The notes under the pieces are model-generated. The model was not told the origin of the DNA. It saw only the letters and a list, made by a program, of their open reading frames with translations, and ran no database searches. From Paraphysomonas bandaiensis (lineage: Eukaryota > Protista > Chrysophyceae), in the NCBI GenBank assembly GCA_965644295.1, contig CBFFRP010000518.1:1-11941 (forward strand): DNA of 11,941 bases. Reading direction: 5' to 3'. This document shows, piece by piece, positions 8,722 through 11,941 of this stretch; position 1 is the first letter of the stretch; every line of letters begins with the position of its first letter. The position numbers were made by a program, and so were the translations under genes.

Positions 8722-11379
8722 ATGCCATTTTTTTCCCACAAGGCGGAATCATTGACGAAAGCATCGACTAAGTCGACAGCGGTGTCTATTATTCAGAATT
8801 CTATACAAGAAGCAAAGAAAGTTGATGCATGGATCCCTCCTGTAAGGATTCATAATTTTGCGAAGAGAAACGTCTTGTGTGAAGTGTGCCGAGAGCCGAT
8901 ATCATTCTGTCCTTCGTTGGACGCACACTGTTCCGTTTGCAATGTGGTGGCTCATATTGTATGCTTGACTAAAGAACAGCGCAAGAACAACTTTAGGAAC
9001 AATTGGATATGTACGAAATATACTTGTACTTTCAATTCATGAGTATGTCGTGGTACAGGTGATGATTGCTCAGATGACTTGGCGGACAGCAAGTCACATT
9101 ACGTGAGTTGTAGATCAAAAAAAAATTATGAGGTACGATACGACTTGTTGACTATTGTACCAACCAGTAGTTCGTACAATGCTGACATAGGAGGCGACTC
9201 ATAGAGCTCAGGCTCTTATAGCGAAAACATGGCGGAGATATCAACACATTAGATTGTACAAACACACACTGAAATATGTCTTGAAACTTCAAGGTAATAC
9301 ATTGTGCTTTATGCTGATGATAGCAGTTATCTCAGTGATGTAAAATTCAGGAATTGGCCGTATGATACACCGGAAGAATATGTTATTGCAATATCGACGT
9401 ACATTGATGCGGCCACTCGGAGTACGTATTACACGTTGCTCTAATCTTCAGTTCGATCCCGACTCATCCGAGCAGCCGGTACGTATCCTATCTTCTGGCT
9501 GTAGAACCATATGTACAAAATTCAAATGGATCTCTTGATGCCTTGTAGCAGACTTGTAATCCTTTTGTGTATATCTCGACATCTGACACCCGAGAAATAT
9601 CGAGCCAAATTTGGCTCAAGCATACCACAGTGGTGTGGGGCAACGAGGACCCTGAATACAATGAAGATTTTATAGTTCCTGGTATCAATGGAAACCAGTC
9701 GGTGGGTATATATTGTGTCTCAAACTTTTACACTACTGATTAATTTGGATTGTTTTGGCAGGTGGTATTCACTGTAGTGTGCAAGACAGACCGCAAGCAC
9801 AAGTTTATGGGACAGGCCGTTTTGGACCTGTCATTTAAAAATCTTTGGTGTAGGGGTGGATCGTTCATGCTTCCCCTGAGGTCTGTTCAGGTACAATTGG
9901 CTATCGTTGAACATTTGAGTTCGTTGATTGCTAATTTTTTGCGAACAGTACATTCTCCAGGAACACAAGATGCCAATACCCCTAGACTATTCTGCGGTTG
10001 AGCCATCTGGCACACTCGAGGTGGGTTTTGTATAACCACATCTTCGCAATATGATGTGTGTTGTAGGTTCAGCTCTTTCCTCTTACTTCCATCGATAATT
10101 TCTGTGGGCGCGTGTATGGACCACGGTGGGTGCATCTTATGGACGTATTTGTTGTCTGTGTGCCTACCCGATGATCCATATGTACTATGTGTCAAGTAAG
10201 CGATGCATGCAGCATTTCAGATCTTATGATCGCTTTTCGTGATCTCTCTGCTAATCACTCAGAACATCGCGACCCAGGTGATATGCTAGTTGAATTCATA
10301 AAATTTTTGAGGTCCTATTCTTAGAAAACAAAGCAGTTTTTGGGGAGGGGCTTGCGGCAGATTCGAAGAGGATTCGTAAATCTACTTTGTGGCTCGTTCT
10401 CACTGGTGGAAGAATATATTTACACGACGAGTAATTAAATACATCGTCGTAATTGTTTTCGTATGATGGCTGTATTTAACTACTCAGACTTGGAGAGCCA
10501 TGCAGAATGTTTATTGACTTGAAGCTGACTACTGTGCAGGCGAAGAATCGATTTGATACCTTGTGGTATGTATATAGGCATGTATGCTCCGCTATTCGTA
10601 AGGCTCTTACTTGTAGGTTTGATATAAAGATTGATGGGTGTCCTACACTAAAATTCGCTGCTACTGACAGGTTCGACGAAAACAGATTCAAGGTGATGCC
10701 GAATTTTTTTTTCTAATTTTTAATTGCAATATCACAGGCTGCTATGATGAGTGCTTGGAGAAAGTCGAAGGTATGTAGGTTTCAGTTGACAACCCTGGTT
10801 GAAGACTTGATTCACATTCGACTCCTCAAAAAGCAAGCCGACGAAGACAGCTCTCGTCCCGGTAGAAATCTGAATGCCACACGAGTGCACATAGCACACC
10901 CAAACCCACTGAGACGGCGTCGAGGGACATCCTTTTTACCGTCCATTGCTGAGAAATATTCTGTGCTTGATGGAGAATATGCGCGCAAGAAATCTACAGA
11001 AAGTACAAATGATTGTTTGACGTCGCTATCTTCAACTAAACTGAAGTTACTGCACCCATTGGTAATTCCTGACGTTGAAGTGTTACCTGAGGCTTCCAAA
11101 CATATTTCGACACTATCTAGTCCTAAACGTAACTGCGAAACAAAAATTATCTGTAGGCAATCCCCAAAAAAGTCGTCAAATAGGTCGATATTAACCTCAT
11201 TGACACCATCTCCGAAGAAGTCCGTTGCTAGGAATTCTATTTGTAGGCGAAACGGGAAAGTGTTTTTTCAAGACGACATGGATACGTACGATAAAGGCCA
11301 TAACATACTCCGTACCAGCCCTGCTCATGCTAATAGGGATGTCCCAGTTGCAGAAAGTAAGGGTAGACGTAAACAGTCG
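8722..11379 (+). CDS. Multidomain PHD-type Zn finger / IQ motif / C2 / PH-like protein, >=658 aa, 3'-truncated by telomere (no stop); exons 8722-9010, 9059-9132, 9191-9293, 9351-9478, 9549-9701, 9762-9890, 9949-10020, 10067-10125, 10213-10277, 10325-10430, 10488-10565, 10617-10692, 10738-11379
   Basis: Twelve GT-AG introns (45-87 nt) give one continuous frame. It contains CEVC-x13-CSVC-x4-H-x2-C...WICDDC (C4HC3), IQ-like AQALIAKTWRRY..KLQGIGR, C2 (LGVRITRCSNL, CNPFVYI, TTVVWGNEDPEYNEDF, VVFTVV...KFMGQAVLDL), PH-like (LWLVLTGGRIYL...FDIKI...LKFAATD..DENRFKAAM), and a basic Ser-rich tail with SPKR/SPKK. Exons 8-9 are the least certain. Confidence 0.8.
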
Positions 11380-11929
11380 TTAGGGTTAGGGTTAGGGTTA
11401 GGGTTAGGGTTAGGGTTAGGGTTAGGGTTAGGGTTAGGGTTAGGGTTAGGGTTAGGGTTAGGGTTAGGGTTAGGGTTAGGGTTAGGGTTAGGGTTAGGGT
11501 TAGGGTTAGGGTTAGGGTTAGGGTTAGGGTTAGGGTTAGGGTTAGGGTTAGGGTTAGGGTTAGGGTTAGGGTTAGGGTTAGGGTTAGGGTTAGGGTTAGG
11601 GTTAGGGTTAGGGTTAGGGTTAGGGTTAGGGTTAGGGTTAGGGTTAGGGTTAGGGTTAGGGTTAGGGTTAGGGTTAGGGTTAGGGTTAGGGTTAGGGTTA
11701 GGGTTAGGGTTAGGGTTAGGGTTAGGGTTAGGGTTAGGGTTAGGGTTAGGGTTAGGGTTAGGGTTAGGGTTAGGGTTAGGGTTAGGGTTAGGGTTAGGGT
11801 TAGGGTTAGGGTTAGGGTTAGGGTTAGGGTTAGGGTTAGGGTTAGGGTTAGGGTTAGGGTTAGGGTTAGGGTTAGGGTTAGGGTTAGGGTTAGGGTTAGG
11901 GTTAGGGTTAGGGTTAGGGTTAGGGTTAG
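11380..11929 (+). repeat. Telomeric array (TTAGGG)91 + TTAG, G-rich strand running 5'->3' toward the end
   Basis: 546 nt of uninterrupted TTAGGG (11380-11925) plus TTAG; correct orientation for a right-hand chromosome end. Confidence 0.98.
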
Positions 11930-11941
11930 AGCAATACATGT
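11930..11941 (+). other. Probable Oxford Nanopore ligation-adapter remnant (technical)
   Basis: AGCAATAC matches the first 8 nt of the read-end adapter sequence AGCAATACGTAAC... (reverse complement of ...GTTACGTATTGCT); the last 4 nt diverge. Confidence 0.7.

Noticed and set aside
10771-10850. Strong donor-like AAG|GTATGT in the last exon of the PHD-C2 gene
   Set aside because: Not needed: the frame is open through it, no good polypyrimidine-YAG acceptor lies at typical distance, and the AAG at 10833 would preserve frame. Kept as a caveat, because other acceptors (10837, 10850) would cause early stops.
2018-11099. Numerous antisense/overlapping ORFs in the track (e.g. 2018-2209, 3998-4381, 4892-5221, 5858-6265, 6417-6782, 8400-8717, 9887-10195, 10812-11099)
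   Set aside because: Shadows of real exons or intergenic chance ORFs with no motifs.
11325-11939. 204-aa (NP)n ORF on the minus strand
   Set aside because: Translation of the CCCTAA telomere strand; its ATG lies in the adapter-like tail.

Overview
Eukaryotic, gene-dense chromosome end, probably from a protist. It uses the standard genetic code and has 20 short GT-AG introns (40-87 nt); the lineage cannot be fixed from sequence alone. Bases 1 to ~1520 are a non-coding repeat complex: two ~205-260 bp inverted copies, a third degenerate copy, and a perfect 25-bp hairpin. Four spliced genes follow, which I reconstructed by hand: a tripeptidyl-peptidase I/sedolisin (S53, minus), an MscS-like mechanosensitive channel (plus), an atypical bromodomain protein (minus), and a 13-exon PHD finger-IQ-C2-PH-like protein (plus). 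The last exon of the final gene has no stop codon. It is joined directly and in frame (TTA GGG = Leu-Gly) to 91 perfect TTAGGG repeats, with no subtelomeric spacer, which points to de novo telomere addition inside a coding sequence. The last 12 nt look like an Oxford Nanopore adapter remnant, consistent with a real molecule end.
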